NCBI GenBank assembly: GCA_004296885.1
Contig: SCVN01000018.1
Location: forward strand, 2,980 to 66,979
Reading direction: 5' to 3'
Source: Nitrospirota bacterium
GTDB taxonomy: Bacteria; Nitrospirota; Nitrospiria; Nitrospirales; Nitrospiraceae
DNA: 64,000 nucleotides
Position numbers and translations under genes: made by a program. A model generated the notes under the pieces. The model saw only the letters and a list, made by a program, of their open reading frames with translations, was not told where the DNA came from and made no database searches. Shown piece after piece: positions 1-10,389 of this stretch (position 1 is the stretch's first letter; each line of letters opens with the position of its first letter).

Positions 1-78
1 TATCATTTAGCGGCCAACATGACGCAGACGACCAACAACTTCTACACGGCCGGAGCCTATCTCGGCCTCTTGTACTAA
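1..78 (+). CDS. 3' end of a CDS cut by the window edge (...NNFYTAGAYLGLLY*)
   Basis: Frame 1 is open from position 1 to TAA at 76-78 and is followed by a strong hairpin terminator at 155-190. Too short to assign a family. Confidence 0.3.
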   Translation, partial: YHLAANMTQTTNNFYTAGAYLGLLY

Positions 79-154
79 ATCGGTCCCGCCTACCGGCCGG
101 CGGCCGTGTGCCCGTCCGTCGGCCGGTCTGCAGGGGGAAGGCCGGAGTCCTCCG

Positions 155-190
155 ACGAGGTGGCTCCACCTCCAGCCACCTCGTTTCCTT
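155..190 (+). terminator. Rho-independent terminator candidate
   Basis: Perfect 11-bp stem ACGAGGTGGCT / AGCCACCTCGT (155-165 / 174-184) with an 8-nt loop, followed by TTCCTT. Confidence 0.6.
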
Positions 191-378
191 CTCCCTGGGA
201 TGCCCAAAGTCTTGGACAATTGCCCCCGCCTCTGGTGCACTTCTCCACAATCACGCCTGTTGTTGCAGCCCCTTCCCCTCCATTCCAAACCGCTTCCATG
301 GCTGCAACATTAAAGAACCGCCTCTGAAATAAGACCTTTCCCGAAGTTGCCTGCCGCTCCTCTTGTCCTCGCTATGTT

Positions 379-394
379 TGGTGCCGCTCTTGCA
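379..394 (+). promoter_or_regulatory. sigma-54-type -24/-12 promoter candidate
   Basis: TGGTGC-CGCTC-TTGCA against consensus TGGCAC-N5-TTGCW. GG and GC are 12 nt apart. Lies 54 nt upstream of the ATG at 448. Inverted repeat GTTGCAGCC (262-270) / GGCTGCAAC (300-308) lies upstream. Confidence 0.45.
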
Positions 395-447
395 GCAAGA
401 CTGGACGCAGGACGACCGAACAGGGTCGGCGTCCCGCGGGGAGAACG

Positions 448-1170
448 ATGGCCCGTCACACATGCATCACCACCGGATGCGAGACTTGCGAGTTACGGTC
501 CGAGTCCGTCATCTGCAATCTGCCGGCGGTCGGCCTCGCTTCGCTGGAGCAGATCACGCACCGGTTTCACTACGGGCCGAGGGAGACCATCTTCTACGAA
601 GGCCATGCTTGCCTCGGCCTCTACCTGCTGTCGGCCGGCAAGGTCAAGCTGACCCGCTCCTCGGTGCGCGGCCAACGGCACATCGTGCGCATTCTGACGG
701 CAGGCCAACTGCTCGAAACACACGCGTTCCAGGAGGACGCGACTCATCTGGCGACCTGCGAGACGCTGGAAACGTCGCAAATCTGCCTCATCGAACGCGA
801 CGGCTACTTGGCGCTTGTCCGGCATGACCCTCAGCTCGCGGTCAACCTGATCCAGCTCCTCAGCGGCGAGCTGGGGCGGCAGCGGGACGAAGTGGACTCG
901 TTTACGTTCAAGAGCGCCAGGGAGCGGTTGGCGGCCTTGCTCCTCGAGTTGAGTCATCGGTTCGGGCATGAGACCGGCACGACCGTGGAGCTTCGACTGC
1001 CCCTCAAACGAGAAGAAATGGCCGAGCTGCTCGGCGTGACCGTGGAAACCGCCATCCGCCTGTTGAGCGCGTTTCGCATCGAGGGGCTCGTGCGCCTGAA
1101 CGGCCGGATCATCACGCTCCTGAACCGGGACCGACTGGCGAGAATCGCGCGGCACCCCGACATTGCGTAG
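448..1170 (+). CDS. Crp/Fnr-family transcriptional regulator with an N-terminal Cys cluster (FNR-like)
   Basis: 240-aa ORF with a cNMP-binding-type beta-roll (FYEGHACLGLYLLSAGKVKL) and a C-terminal HTH (REEMAELLGVTVETAIRLLSAF). N-terminus carries C6-X4-C11-X2-C14-X8-C23. Confidence 0.9.
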   Translation: MARHTCITTGCETCELRSESVICNLPAVGLASLEQITHRFHYGPRETIFYEGHACLGLYLLSAGKVKLTRSSVRGQRHIVRILTAGQLLETHAFQEDATHLATCETLETSQICLIERDGYLALVRHDPQLAVNLIQLLSGELGRQRDEVDSFTFKSARERLAALLLELSHRFGHETGTTVELRLPLKREEMAELLGVTVETAIRLLSAFRIEGLVRLNGRIITLLNRDRLARIARHPDIA

Positions 1171-1212
1171 CCCAAAGATCAGGCCTGACGGATCGTTCAC
1201 AAAGTAAGAAAA

Positions 1213-2022
1213 ATGGTGTATGCTGGCAGCCTTTGCCCATCCTGGGTGAATCGGATGACCGCTTTGGAAGAGCTACAGAAAGACTACCCAGCCACGATCC
1301 GCATCGCCGGCATCAAGGTGCGGGGGCGCGGCGACGTCAAGAAGATGGGCGTCGGCGACGCCTTGCTGCGCGTGGGCGACCACGTGATCCTGGCGGTGGA
1401 CCGGGAGCCGACGTACGGCATCGTGCACACGGAGCCTGCGCCCATGCCGTTCATCCCGCCCATGCGGGTCATGCAATCCATCGTGCGCCCGGCCACGGAG
1501 GCCGATCGGGCTCAAATCTCGCGACACGAACGGATGGCCCAGGAAGGGATGAGCTTCTGCCGGGAGCGGGCCAAAGCGCTCGGGCTGGAATTAAAAATGG
1601 TGGAGGTCTACGCCTCGTTCATCAGGCGGGAGCTCACCTTCGTCTATACGTCCGAGGACCGCATCGATTTTCGCCAGCTGGTGCGCGAACTGGCCCGCCG
1701 GTTCGGCGGCCGGATCGAGATGCGGCACATCGGTTCGCGGGAGGAAGCCAAACTGATCGGCGGCGTGGACTCCTGCGGCCTGACCCTCTGTTGCTCCGCC
1801 TTCATGACGGACTTCCGACCCGTCAGCGTCAAGAAGGCCAGACACCATGGCCAGGATCTGAGCATGAATGAGAATCGACTCATCGGTATTTGCGGCCGTC
1901 TCAAGTGCTGCCTGATGTTCGAGGAAATGGAGACGCGGGCCGCGGCCTCCGGGCAGCCGTCTCGGCCGCCGCTGATCACCCCGACCAGACTGCCGAGCGT
2001 TCAGCCCTCAGCCAAGCACTGA
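1213..2022 (+). CDS. PSP1 domain protein (RicT/YaaT-like)
   Basis: PSP1 C-terminal domain signature VYASFIRRELTFVYTSEDRIDFRQLVRELARRFGGRIEMRHIG ... GICGRLKCCLMFE. The start could instead be ATG 1255. Confidence 0.85.
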   Translation: MVYAGSLCPSWVNRMTALEELQKDYPATIRIAGIKVRGRGDVKKMGVGDALLRVGDHVILAVDREPTYGIVHTEPAPMPFIPPMRVMQSIVRPATEADRAQISRHERMAQEGMSFCRERAKALGLELKMVEVYASFIRRELTFVYTSEDRIDFRQLVRELARRFGGRIEMRHIGSREEAKLIGGVDSCGLTLCCSAFMTDFRPVSVKKARHHGQDLSMNENRLIGICGRLKCCLMFEEMETRAAASGQPSRPPLITPTRLPSVQPSAKH

Positions 2023-2055
2023 CCGCTGAAAACTGATCGCTGAGAGCTTCCCGCC

Positions 2056-2529
2056 ATGCTTGTGCTCGTCTGGATTCACCTCCTGGCCGACGTCCTCTGG
2101 ATCGGGGGGATGTTGTTCCTCTCGCTCACGTTGGTCCCCGTGCTGCAGCAGAACACGTTTGCCTCCTCTCGCCGTCCCTTCTTCAAAGCCATCGCCCTGC
2201 GGTTTCGCCGGCTCGCCTGGCTGTGCATCCTGCTCTTGCTGGTCACCGGACCGCTGCTGCTCAGCCGGCACGTGGCCTTCCCTCTGGCCCCGACGACCTG
2301 GCCGCCAGTCGTGCAGGCCAAGCTGACGCTGGTATTCGTGCTGCTCCTGCTGACGGCGATTCACGACTTGGCGCTTGGCCCCCGCGTCGGCCGCATCCTC
2401 AGCGTTCCGGAGGAGAGCCGCTCCGACCGGGACCGCTGGCTCGTCGGCTCGTCCCGCTGGGTGCCGCGCCTATCGCTCCTCCTCGCGCTGGGAATCTTGT
2501 TTTGCGCCGTGATGCTCGCGCGACGATAA
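2056..2529 (+). CDS. Small integral membrane protein (4 predicted TM helices, CopD-like)
   Basis: 157-aa hydrophobic ORF (LWIGGMLFLSLTLVPVL ... LAWLCILLLLVTGPLLL). Family assignment is tentative. Confidence 0.6.
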   Translation: MLVLVWIHLLADVLWIGGMLFLSLTLVPVLQQNTFASSRRPFFKAIALRFRRLAWLCILLLLVTGPLLLSRHVAFPLAPTTWPPVVQAKLTLVFVLLLLTAIHDLALGPRVGRILSVPEESRSDRDRWLVGSSRWVPRLSLLLALGILFCAVMLARR

Positions 2530-2551
2530 CCGACCGACCCTGTGGTCTTCT

Positions 2552-2579
2552 GCTACAGCAAGAGGTGTCCGGCTGTAGC
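2552..2579. promoter_or_regulatory. Inverted repeat GCTACAGC-N12-GCTGTAGC (CTGTAGC element, palindromic form)
   Basis: Perfect 8-bp arms at 2552-2559 and 2572-2579. The right arm centre is 96 nt upstream of the GG of the sigma-54-type promoter at 2671. Confidence 0.5.
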
Positions 2580-2670
2580 GCAACTCCTCCCTCCGGAACA
2601 GCAACCCTCCATAACTTTACGAACCGGCTGATTTGACTGCAAAAATTCTTCTCCGTCCATCTCCTGCTCC

Positions 2671-2686
2671 TGGCTCCCTCCTTGCT
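2671..2686 (+). promoter_or_regulatory. sigma-54-type -24/-12 promoter candidate upstream of ftsH
   Basis: TGGCTC-CCTCC-TTGCT, an exact TGGC-N7-TTGC match, 124 nt upstream of ATG 2810. Confidence 0.45.
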
Positions 2687-2809
2687 TTCTGAGCATGACG
2701 TCGAGTGTGAATCTTTCCCGTCCGGGTCGCCGTGTTCCGGCATCACGGCGCCTTGCTCGGGTTCGGCAGGTGGCGGTTCCGCGAGCAGTTCGAATGGGAA
2801 GGCGCGGCC

Positions 2810-4612
2810 ATGAATAAGAAGCTCTCTTTTTCGATCTGGTACATCTTCCTCGCGATCTGGGCGGTGATCCTCGTGCACGATTTCATCCATACCCTGCAGA
2901 AGATCGAAGAATTGCCCTACAGTCAGTTCAAGACCCTGGTCGCGACCGGCAAAGTGGCGGAGGTCTCCGTGAGCGGCCAGATCCTGACCGGCAAACTCAA
3001 ACCGGAGGGGGAATCGAAAGAGCCGCGGTTGTTCAGGACGATCCGCGTCGAAGATCCGGACCTGGTCAAGGAACTCACCCAGCATGGCGTCACCTTCACC
3101 GGCGTCATCGAAACCACGTTCTGGCGCGATGTGCTCTCATGGGTCGTGCCGGTCGTCCTCTTTGTCGGCGTCTGGTTCTTCATCTTTCAGCGACTGGGCC
3201 AAGCTCAAGGCGGCTTCATGCGGGTGGGCCAGTCCAAAGCGAAGATCTACATGGAGAAAGACATCAAAGTGACCTTCGCCGACGTCGCCGGGGTGGATGA
3301 AGCCAAGGAAGAATTGCAGGAGGTGATCGAGTTCCTGAAGACCCCGGAGAAGTTCACCAAGCTGGGAGGGAAGATTCCGAAGGGTATTCTCTTGGTCGGC
3401 CCGCCGGGAACCGGGAAAACGCTGCTGGCGCGCGCCGTCGCCGGCGAAGCCGCCGTGCCGTTTTTCAGCATCAGCGGGTCCGAGTTTGTCGAGATGTTCG
3501 TCGGGGTCGGCGCGGCCCGCGTGCGCGATCTGTTCGAACAGGCCAAGCTCAAGGCGCCCTGCATCATCTTCATCGATGAACTCGACGCACTGGGCAAGGC
3601 CCGCGGGATGGGGCCCCTGGCTCATGAGGAGCGCGAGCAGACGCTCAATCAATTGCTGGTCGAGATGGACGGCTTCGATCCGCGCATCGGGGTGATCCTG
3701 ATGGCCGCGACCAACAGGCCGGAGATCCTCGATCCGGCGCTGCTGCGCGCGGGCCGTTTCGACCGACACGTGTTGGTCGATCGACCGGACAAAGTCGGCC
3801 GCCTGGCGATCCTGCGCGTGCATGCCAAGCAGGTGGCGCTGGCCAGCGATGCCGACCTCGAGACGGTCGCCGGCATGACCCCTGGGTTCTCCGGCGCAGA
3901 CCTCGCCAACATCGTCAACGAAGCGGCGCTGCTCGCGGTCCGCCGCGGGAAGGATCAGGTGGGGCTCTCGGAACTGCAGGAAGCGGTCGAACGGGTGATC
4001 GCCGGACTGGAAAAGAAAAATCGCGTCCTGAACAAGATGGAGAAGGAGCGCGTGGCCTACCACGAAACCGGCCACGCGTTGGTGGCGCTCTCGCTGCCGG
4101 GAGGCGATCAGGTGCAGAAAATTTCCATCATCCCGCGCGGCATTGCCGCGCTCGGGTACACGCTTCAACTCCCGACGGAAGACCGGTTTCTCATGACCCA
4201 GTCCGAGTTGGAGAACAAGATCGCCGTGTTGTTGGGCGGACGAATCGCGGAGGAATTGGTTTTCGGCGAGGCCTCGACGGGCGCGCAAAACGATCTCGTC
4301 AAGGCGACTGATATCGCCAAGAGCATGGTCAAGGCCTATGGGATGAGCGAGAAGCTGGGGACCATCACGTTGGAGCGAGAACGGCAGCCGCAGTTCGTTC
4401 AGATTCAGGCCCCCCAAGAGAAAGGCGATTACTCGGAAGAGACCGCCCGGGAGATCGATTGCGAAGTGCGGCGGATCATCGACGAACAGTACGAACGGGT
4501 GAAGCAGCTCGTGGGCGAGAAGAAAGCCGCCCTTCAAGAAGGCGCGACGCTCTTGCTGGAACGGGAGGTCATCACCGGGAGCGATCTGAAGACCATTATG
4601 GACAAGGCGTAA
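2810..4612 (+). CDS. ftsH: ATP-dependent zinc metalloprotease FtsH
   Basis: N-terminal TM segments, AAA+ Walker [22 protein letters not shown] region and zinc motif HETGHAL. The ORF track starts at 2732, but ATG 2810 ([17 protein letters not shown]) fits the usual FtsH N-terminus. Confidence 0.95.
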   Translation: MNKKLSFSIWYIFLAIWAVILVHDFIHTLQKIEELPYSQFKTLVATGKVAEVSVSGQILTGKLKPEGESKEPRLFRTIRVEDPDLVKELTQHGVTFTGVIETTFWRDVLSWVVPVVLFVGVWFFIFQRLGQAQGGFMRVGQSKAKIYMEKDIKVTFADVAGVDEAKEELQEVIEFLKTPEKFTKLGGKIPKGILLVGPPGTGKTLLARAVAGEAAVPFFSISGSEFVEMFVGVGAARVRDLFEQAKLKAPCIIFIDELDALGKARGMGPLAHEEREQTLNQLLVEMDGFDPRIGVILMAATNRPEILDPALLRAGRFDRHVLVDRPDKVGRLAILRVHAKQVALASDADLETVAGMTPGFSGADLANIVNEAALLAVRRGKDQVGLSELQEAVERVIAGLEKKNRVLNKMEKERVAYHETGHALVALSLPGGDQVQKISIIPRGIAALGYTLQLPTEDRFLMTQSELENKIAVLLGGRIAEELVFGEASTGAQNDLVKATDIAKSMVKAYGMSEKLGTITLERERQPQFVQIQAPQEKGDYSEETAREIDCEVRRIIDEQYERVKQLVGEKKAALQEGATLLLEREVITGSDLKTIMDKA

Positions 4613-4666
4613 GGGACTTGCCCGGGCTGTTCGGATAGCGCCGCGTCGACTCGAACCGGATCTGCA

Positions 4667-5808
4667 ATGATGGAACACACGGACGCAACTCTGACAAATG
4701 GGACGCCGGCCTCCCTCGACCGGCTTGACGACCAGACCCTGTCGTGCGGAGGGGCCTGGACCTTGTCCTGCCTGGATGGAATCGAGCGCCGACTGGCCTC
4801 CCTCCGCCGGCCGGAGGCGGCGGCGGTCGTGTGTGACGCGACCCGGATCACCGCCATGGATGTCAGCGGCGCCTGGCTGCTCCGGCACACGGTGAACAGC
4901 CTGGCGACGGAGGGCCGCACGGTGGAACTGCGCGGTCTGCGCCCGGAGTTCGCCCAATTGCTCCAGATCGTGTCTACGACCGCCACGAGCCTCGCTCCGG
5001 CCGAAGGCGGAGGCGCGGCCTCATGGCTGGAACGGCTCGGACTTCGGGCCTGGCGCGAGGCGGCCGACAGCGTCAAGGCCCTGGCCTTTTTCGGCGAAAG
5101 CAGCGCGGCACTGGGACAATGGCTTGCGGGCCCGCGGCTCATCCGGTGGCGGGCTCTGATCCGGAGCTTGGAGCTGGACGGGTTCAACGCCCTCCCCATC
5201 GTGGGCCTCCTGTCCTTCCTCATGGGCGTGGTGATCGCCTATCAGGGAGCGGAACAGTTGCGGACCTTCGGCGGCAACATCTTCATCGTGGACCTCGTCG
5301 GCATCGCCCTGCTGCGGGAGATCGCCCCCCTGGTCACCGCCATCCTCGTGGCCGGCCGCTCCGGCTCCGCCTATGCCGCCCAGCTCGGCACGATGAAGGT
5401 GACCGAGGAATTGGACGCGATCCGCACCCTGGGCCTCTCGCCGATGGAGTTGCTGGTGCTGCCCAAGGTCCTGGCGCTCGTCCTGGCCCTGCCGTTGTTG
5501 ACCGTCTACGCGGATGCGGTCGGGGTCTTCGGCGGCATGCTGATCGCCTCGAGCCAGTTGCACGTGAACTTCACCGAGTTCCTCACACGCTTCGAGGATG
5601 CCGTCGCGCTGCGGCATTTCCTGATCGGAGTGGGTAAGGCCCCGGTCTTCGCCGTCATCATCGCCCTGGTCGGATGTTACCAAGGCTTTCAGATCCGGGG
5701 CGGTGTGGACGATGTCGGACGCCGCACCACGGTCAGCGTGGTGCAGGCCATCTTCATGGTCATCGTCGTGGACGCCTTCTTCTCCGTCGCCTTGAGTTGG
5801 CTGAATCT

Positions 5809-5812
<4 letters not shown>
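4667..5812 (+). CDS. mlaE: MlaE-type ABC permease with an N-terminal STAS-like (MlaB-like) domain
   Basis: C-terminal 260 aa match the MlaE/YrbE permease pattern (REIAPLVTAILVAGRSGSAYAAQLGTMKVTEELDAIRTLG). The N-terminal ~110 aa look STAS-like. Confidence 0.85.
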
Positions 5813-6587
<775 letters not shown>

Positions 6588-6603
<16 letters not shown>

Positions 6604-7550
6604 ACTATACGCTCGTCGGAGCCTTCGTGCTCATCCTGACCGCGGCACTCGCCGGCGCCGTCCTCTGGCTGGGCGAGGGAGATTACCGGAAGGTCTACGA
6701 CCGCTACTACGCCTATCTGGGTGAATCAGTGTCAGGATTGAGCGTCAACTCGCCGGTGAAATACCGCGGGGTGGAGGTGGGACGGGTAAAGGAGATCATC
6801 CTCAGCCCGGACAATCCCGAAGAGGTGCGGCTGACCTTTGACATCGCCCGAGGCACCCCCGTGAAGGAAGACACGTTGGCGGTGCTGGACACCCAGGGGC
6901 TGACCGGCCTCGCCATCGTGAACCTGACCGGAGGCAGTAAAGCCTCCCCGCCGTTGGAAGCGAAACCGGGGTACGAGTATCCGGTGATCAAGTCCGGCCC
7001 CTCGCTCCTCTATCGGCTGGACACGGCGATCACCCGGTTACTCGTCGACCAAAGCCTGACCAAGTTTCTCGCCAATTCCACCGGCTTGGTCCAGGATGCC
7101 CGGCTCTTCCTGGGCGATGATAACCGCGCTGCCTTCGCGCAGGCCCTGACCGATTTGTCCAAGGTTTCGCACACCCTTGCCCAGCGCACCGAACAATTGG
7201 ACCAGGGCGTTGCCAGCGCAACGGAGACGTTCCGGAACTTGGCCAAGTTCAGCCGGACCCTCGATCAGGACCTGCCTCCGATCATCGCCAGGGTCGGCCG
7301 CAGTGCCGGAGCGCTGGAAACCATGTCGAAGGAGCTGGCCCGCACCGGCACGTCGGTCAATGCCCTGGTGGCGGACACGAAGCCGACACTGGAGCAGTTC
7401 ACTGGGCAAACCTTGGGCGAGACCGCCCTCCTCGTCGCCGAACTTCGCCAGCTTACTGCGACGCTCCAGCGCGTGGCTTCGGACTTAGAACGGGAACCGA
7501 ACGTATTGGTCTTCGGTCGCGCCCCCCAGCCGCGAGGGCCGGGCGAATGA
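6588..7550 (+). CDS. mlaD: MCE/MlaD-family substrate-binding protein
   Basis: N-terminal TM anchor followed by an MCE domain (GLSVNSPVKYRGVEVGRVKEI), then a long helical C-terminus. Confidence 0.85.
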
Positions 7551-8218
7551 GCATGAGAAGGACGATGACGAGGCGACTCCGACAACCGGCTTGGGCCGTC
7601 CTGCTGTTGGCCGGCGTGACGCTCGTGGCCGCGTGCAGCCTAGCCGCTCCAAGGAACGAACCGGAAATGCACATCCATTTCCTGAATCCCGACGAGCCGG
7701 CAGACAGCACAACAGACCGGGCCGACAAGAAAGAAGGGAACGCCACCTTGCTGGTGAGCCTTCCGCAAGCCCAAGCCGGCTTCGAGACGGCCCGCATGGC
7801 CTATCTCCTCCGCGCCCATGAGATCCGCTACTTCGCCGTTCATCAATGGGCCGACACGCCGGGGAGGATGCTGACCCCGCTCCTGAGGCGGGCACTGGAG
7901 AAAGCCGACGACTGGCGCGCCGTGGTGCAGGCTCCCGCTGCGGTGCGAAGCGACTTCCGGCTGGACGCAGACCAGTTGGCCCTGCTCCAGGATTTCACGA
8001 CGCGCCCCAGCCGCGTGCGCCTGATCCTGCGCGTACAGCTCGTGGACCTGAAGGGACAGCAGGTCATCGGTGCGCGCCGTTTCGAGGCGGTGGAAGCGGC
8101 TCCCAGCGACGATCCGTATGGCGGAGTCGAGGCGGCCAGTCGGGCCCTGTCCAAGCTGCTCGACCAGGTAACAACCTGGCTCAGCGGCTGTATGAAGAAG
8201 ACCCCGAGCGCCTGCTAG
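7547..8218 (+). CDS. ABC-transport auxiliary lipoprotein (DUF330/ABC_trans_aux-like)
   Basis: Lipobox LVAACS. ATGA overlap with mlaD. Conserved position after MCE genes, with motif YFAVHQWADTPGRMLTPLL. Confidence 0.7.
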   Translation: MSMRRTMTRRLRQPAWAVLLLAGVTLVAACSLAAPRNEPEMHIHFLNPDEPADSTTDRADKKEGNATLLVSLPQAQAGFETARMAYLLRAHEIRYFAVHQWADTPGRMLTPLLRRALEKADDWRAVVQAPAAVRSDFRLDADQLALLQDFTTRPSRVRLILRVQLVDLKGQQVIGARRFEAVEAAPSDDPYGGVEAASRALSKLLDQVTTWLSGCMKKTPSAC

Positions 8219-8372
8219 AAGCGAAGTAAAAGAGCCCCTGCGGACATGAAAGAGGTTTTCCAATCTCTTCCCGAGCGTCTGTCCCCACAGCGCCACCGTG
8301 ACACCTCTATGGAGAGCCGATCGCCGAGGGCCCTGTTCCGCTGTGGCGTCTCGCACTAGAGCGCCCTTGCCC

Positions 8373-8379
8373 CTGTAGC
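8373..8379 (+). promoter_or_regulatory. CTGTAGC upstream element
   Basis: Exact heptamer in intergenic DNA, centred 95 nt upstream of the GG of the promoter candidate at 8470. Confidence 0.4.
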
Positions 8380-8469
8380 ATTTCGCTCCACTGATCTCTC
8401 AGCCCTTCGCCATCCTCGCCAAACCCCTTGTTTCGATGGCACTGTTCCGCGATACACTGCCTCCATCCT

Positions 8470-8485
8470 TGGCATGTTCCTGGCA
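8470..8485 (+). promoter_or_regulatory. sigma-54-type -24/-12 promoter candidate
   Basis: TGGCAT-GTTCC-TGGCA with GG and GC 12 nt apart, 58 nt upstream of ATG 8543. Confidence 0.45.
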
Positions 8486-8542
8486 GGAGCAGAGGCACGT
8501 AGATTCTCTCCATCCAGAGCCTTCACCGAGCAAGATGACCTC

Positions 8543-8902
8543 ATGAAGCCACTCTTTCTAACGATCATCATCGGGTCATCGCTGCTCTTCTGGGTGGAAA
8601 TACCGTTGGTATCGGCGGCACACGGGGATTCTGGACGGGGAAAACTCCTGTATGAACAGCATTGCGCCAGCTGCCACGGAGCCAGCGGTAAAGGGGAGGC
8701 TCCGGCCGGCACCGCATTCATTCCGCCCGCAGCCGACCTGACCAGCGTGAAGAGTCAACATAAATTGGACGCCGTGCTCGCGAACATGATCGAACATGGA
8801 AAACCGGGAACGGAGATGGCGGCCTGGAAGGGGCGCCTCGCCGGCGGGGAGATCAACGACATCGTAACTTATGTCAGAACCTTGGGAACGTCGGCGCCAT
8901 GA
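8543..8902 (+). CDS. Class I c-type cytochrome (monoheme, signal peptide)
   Basis: CASCHGASGKG heme motif, hydrophobic N-terminus and a distal Met region (GTEMAAW). Start chosen at MKPLFLTIIIG. Confidence 0.85.
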   Translation: MKPLFLTIIIGSSLLFWVEIPLVSAAHGDSGRGKLLYEQHCASCHGASGKGEAPAGTAFIPPAADLTSVKSQHKLDAVLANMIEHGKPGTEMAAWKGRLAGGEINDIVTYVRTLGTSAP

Positions 8903-9375
8903 ACGCCAGCCGATGGAGCCTCATCGCCATTCTGCTATGGGTCGTCGGTGTCGCGGTCCTGGCAGTTCTGTTCGTGAAGGGCGCGACGAAGCCGGGAGCG
9001 GACGGGCGGACCGAGATATCGTTAGCCCCTTCGGAACGCGACCTGGTGCTTGGAGAGATGCGCGATTTGCTCAAGGCCGTGCACCGGGTGGTCACCTGGG
9101 CCGGCGGGCCGAACCAAACGGCGGACCGTCAAGCCGTCGAGCAAGCGGCCCGGGCGGCAGGCATGGGCATGGCGGCCGACGTGAATCCTTCGCTCATGGC
9201 CAAGCTGCCGCTGGCGTTCAAGCAGATGGGCATGTCGGTGCACAAGGATTTCGACGGGATGGCCGACGCCATCGGACAAAAGGAACAGCCGCAACAGATT
9301 CTGCAACGCCTGTCGAGCATCACGGCCCGCTGCACGACCTGTCATGACCTGTATCGGTTGCCGGGAGGAAAATAG
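8899..9375 (+). CDS. Membrane-anchored cytochrome with C-terminal CXXCH (class II / cytochrome c-prime-like)
   Basis: N-terminal TM helix, helical body, and a single CTTCH motif 11 residues from the C-terminus. ATGA overlap with the preceding cytochrome gene. Confidence 0.7.
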   Translation: MNASRWSLIAILLWVVGVAVLAVLFVKGATKPGADGRTEISLAPSERDLVLGEMRDLLKAVHRVVTWAGGPNQTADRQAVEQAARAAGMGMAADVNPSLMAKLPLAFKQMGMSVHKDFDGMADAIGQKEQPQQILQRLSSITARCTTCHDLYRLPGGK

Positions 9376-9449
9376 CCGTCAGCGTTCAGCTTCGGATTCC
9401 GAAGGCTGAGAGGGGGATACTGACAGTTTCTCAAGAAGGAGGTAGAATC

Positions 9450-9671
9450 ATGACCTGCAACGTAGGCGGAATCGAACGACCGATTCGCATCGGCTTAGGT
9501 GCGGGCCTGTTGGGGCTCGGAGCCTTCGGCGGGCTCTCGACTATTGCGATGACCGCGGCCTTGGTGGTCGGCGGGGTCGCGTTGGTGACAGGCCTCATCG
9601 GCTACTGTCCGGCCTGGACCCTCTTGGGAATCAATACTTGTCCGACGAAGCAGCCAGACAAGACACACTGA
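9450..9671 (+). CDS. DUF2892 (YgaP-like) small membrane protein
   Basis: 73 aa with pattern ERPIRIGLGAGLLGLG...GYCPAWTLLGINTC. Strong RBS AAGGAGG. Confidence 0.7.
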   Translation: MTCNVGGIERPIRIGLGAGLLGLGAFGGLSTIAMTAALVVGGVALVTGLIGYCPAWTLLGINTCPTKQPDKTH

Positions 9672-9693
9672 CCCCTGAGGAAGACGAGCGAAC

Positions 9694-10107
9694 ATGGACC
9701 AGGATTCCCTCATACTCTCGCCCCCCATCCGATGGTGCCGCACCCTTGCCGGCGCGGCAAGCTTGCTGTTGGTACTCGGGTGCCAACCGGTGCCAAAGGC
9801 CGACTCCGCGGCCGCTCACGCGGGCCTCATCGGCAAGACCAAACAAGAGATCGTCACGTGCGCCGGCCCCTCGCGCAGCGAAACACGTCAGGGCCAACAG
9901 ACGGTCTTGCTCTACCACAAGGACGCCCCGGCCTTCGAGCACTCCTTTTTCGGGTCCAAAGCCAGCGTGGGCGCAGTCCATCATGAATGTACGGCCGTTC
10001 TCACGCTCAATGACGACCGGGTCGTAGCGGTGGAGTACCGACCCGAGCCGCCGTCGATCGCGGGGGAAGACCATTGCGAGGAGATTTTCTATAGTTGCGT
10101 CCCATAG
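9694..10107 (+). CDS. Hypothetical lipoprotein
   Basis: Signal peptide with lipobox LLLVLGC. No recognisable family. Confidence 0.55.
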   Translation: MDQDSLILSPPIRWCRTLAGAASLLLVLGCQPVPKADSAAAHAGLIGKTKQEIVTCAGPSRSETRQGQQTVLLYHKDAPAFEHSFFGSKASVGAVHHECTAVLTLNDDRVVAVEYRPEPPSIAGEDHCEEIFYSCVP

Positions 10108-10170
10108 CCCGTGACGTGCCCGGCTCTTGAGGAAGGTACCGTTTGTCGATGTACCAGCCTGAGCAACGGC

Positions 10171-10186
10171 TGGCGCGCACGATGCC
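10171..10186 (+). promoter_or_regulatory. sigma-54-type -24/-12 promoter candidate (weaker)
   Basis: TGGCGC-GCACG-ATGCC with correct GG/GC spacing, about 200 nt upstream of ATG 10390. Confidence 0.3.
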
Positions 10187-10389
10187 GGAACACTGCAGCC
10201 TGGTCGGGCTCGCGACGGATCGTCTTCGGGTAGATCGCAGATTTGCCCGGTTATGTGTTAATTTTGAAGCGATCCCTGTCGGCAGGCCGACCGGTGCCGC
10301 AACCGGACGAATCCTTTTTCAGAAGCCTGTCTCTCGTAGGGACAGAACCAGTGCCAAAATCCTTACCCACTCACCAATAGGAGGCTATA

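Noticed and set aside
3137-4957. 606-aa ORF antisense to ftsH. Similar long shadow ORFs occur at 41435-43273, 23623-25386, 27895-29322, 40017-41450, 49196-50716, 55501-56979, 33187-34569, 19203-20453, 11419-12594, 45466-46605 and 46491-47690.
   Set aside because: Their translations are Arg/Gly/Pro/His-rich low-complexity sequence with no domain signatures. Each lies opposite, or out of frame with, a gene that has clear family motifs. This is typical of stop-codon-poor shadow frames in GC-rich DNA.
8372-8382. Identical 10-11-mers around the CTGTAGC element taken as independent evidence: CCTGTAGCATT at 8372 and 43151, and CTGTAGCAGG at 18230 and 47717.
   Set aside because: Pairs of identical 10-11-mers are expected many times by chance in 64 kb. 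The argument therefore rests on intergenic enrichment of the heptamer and its fixed distance to -24 elements, not on these longer coincidences.
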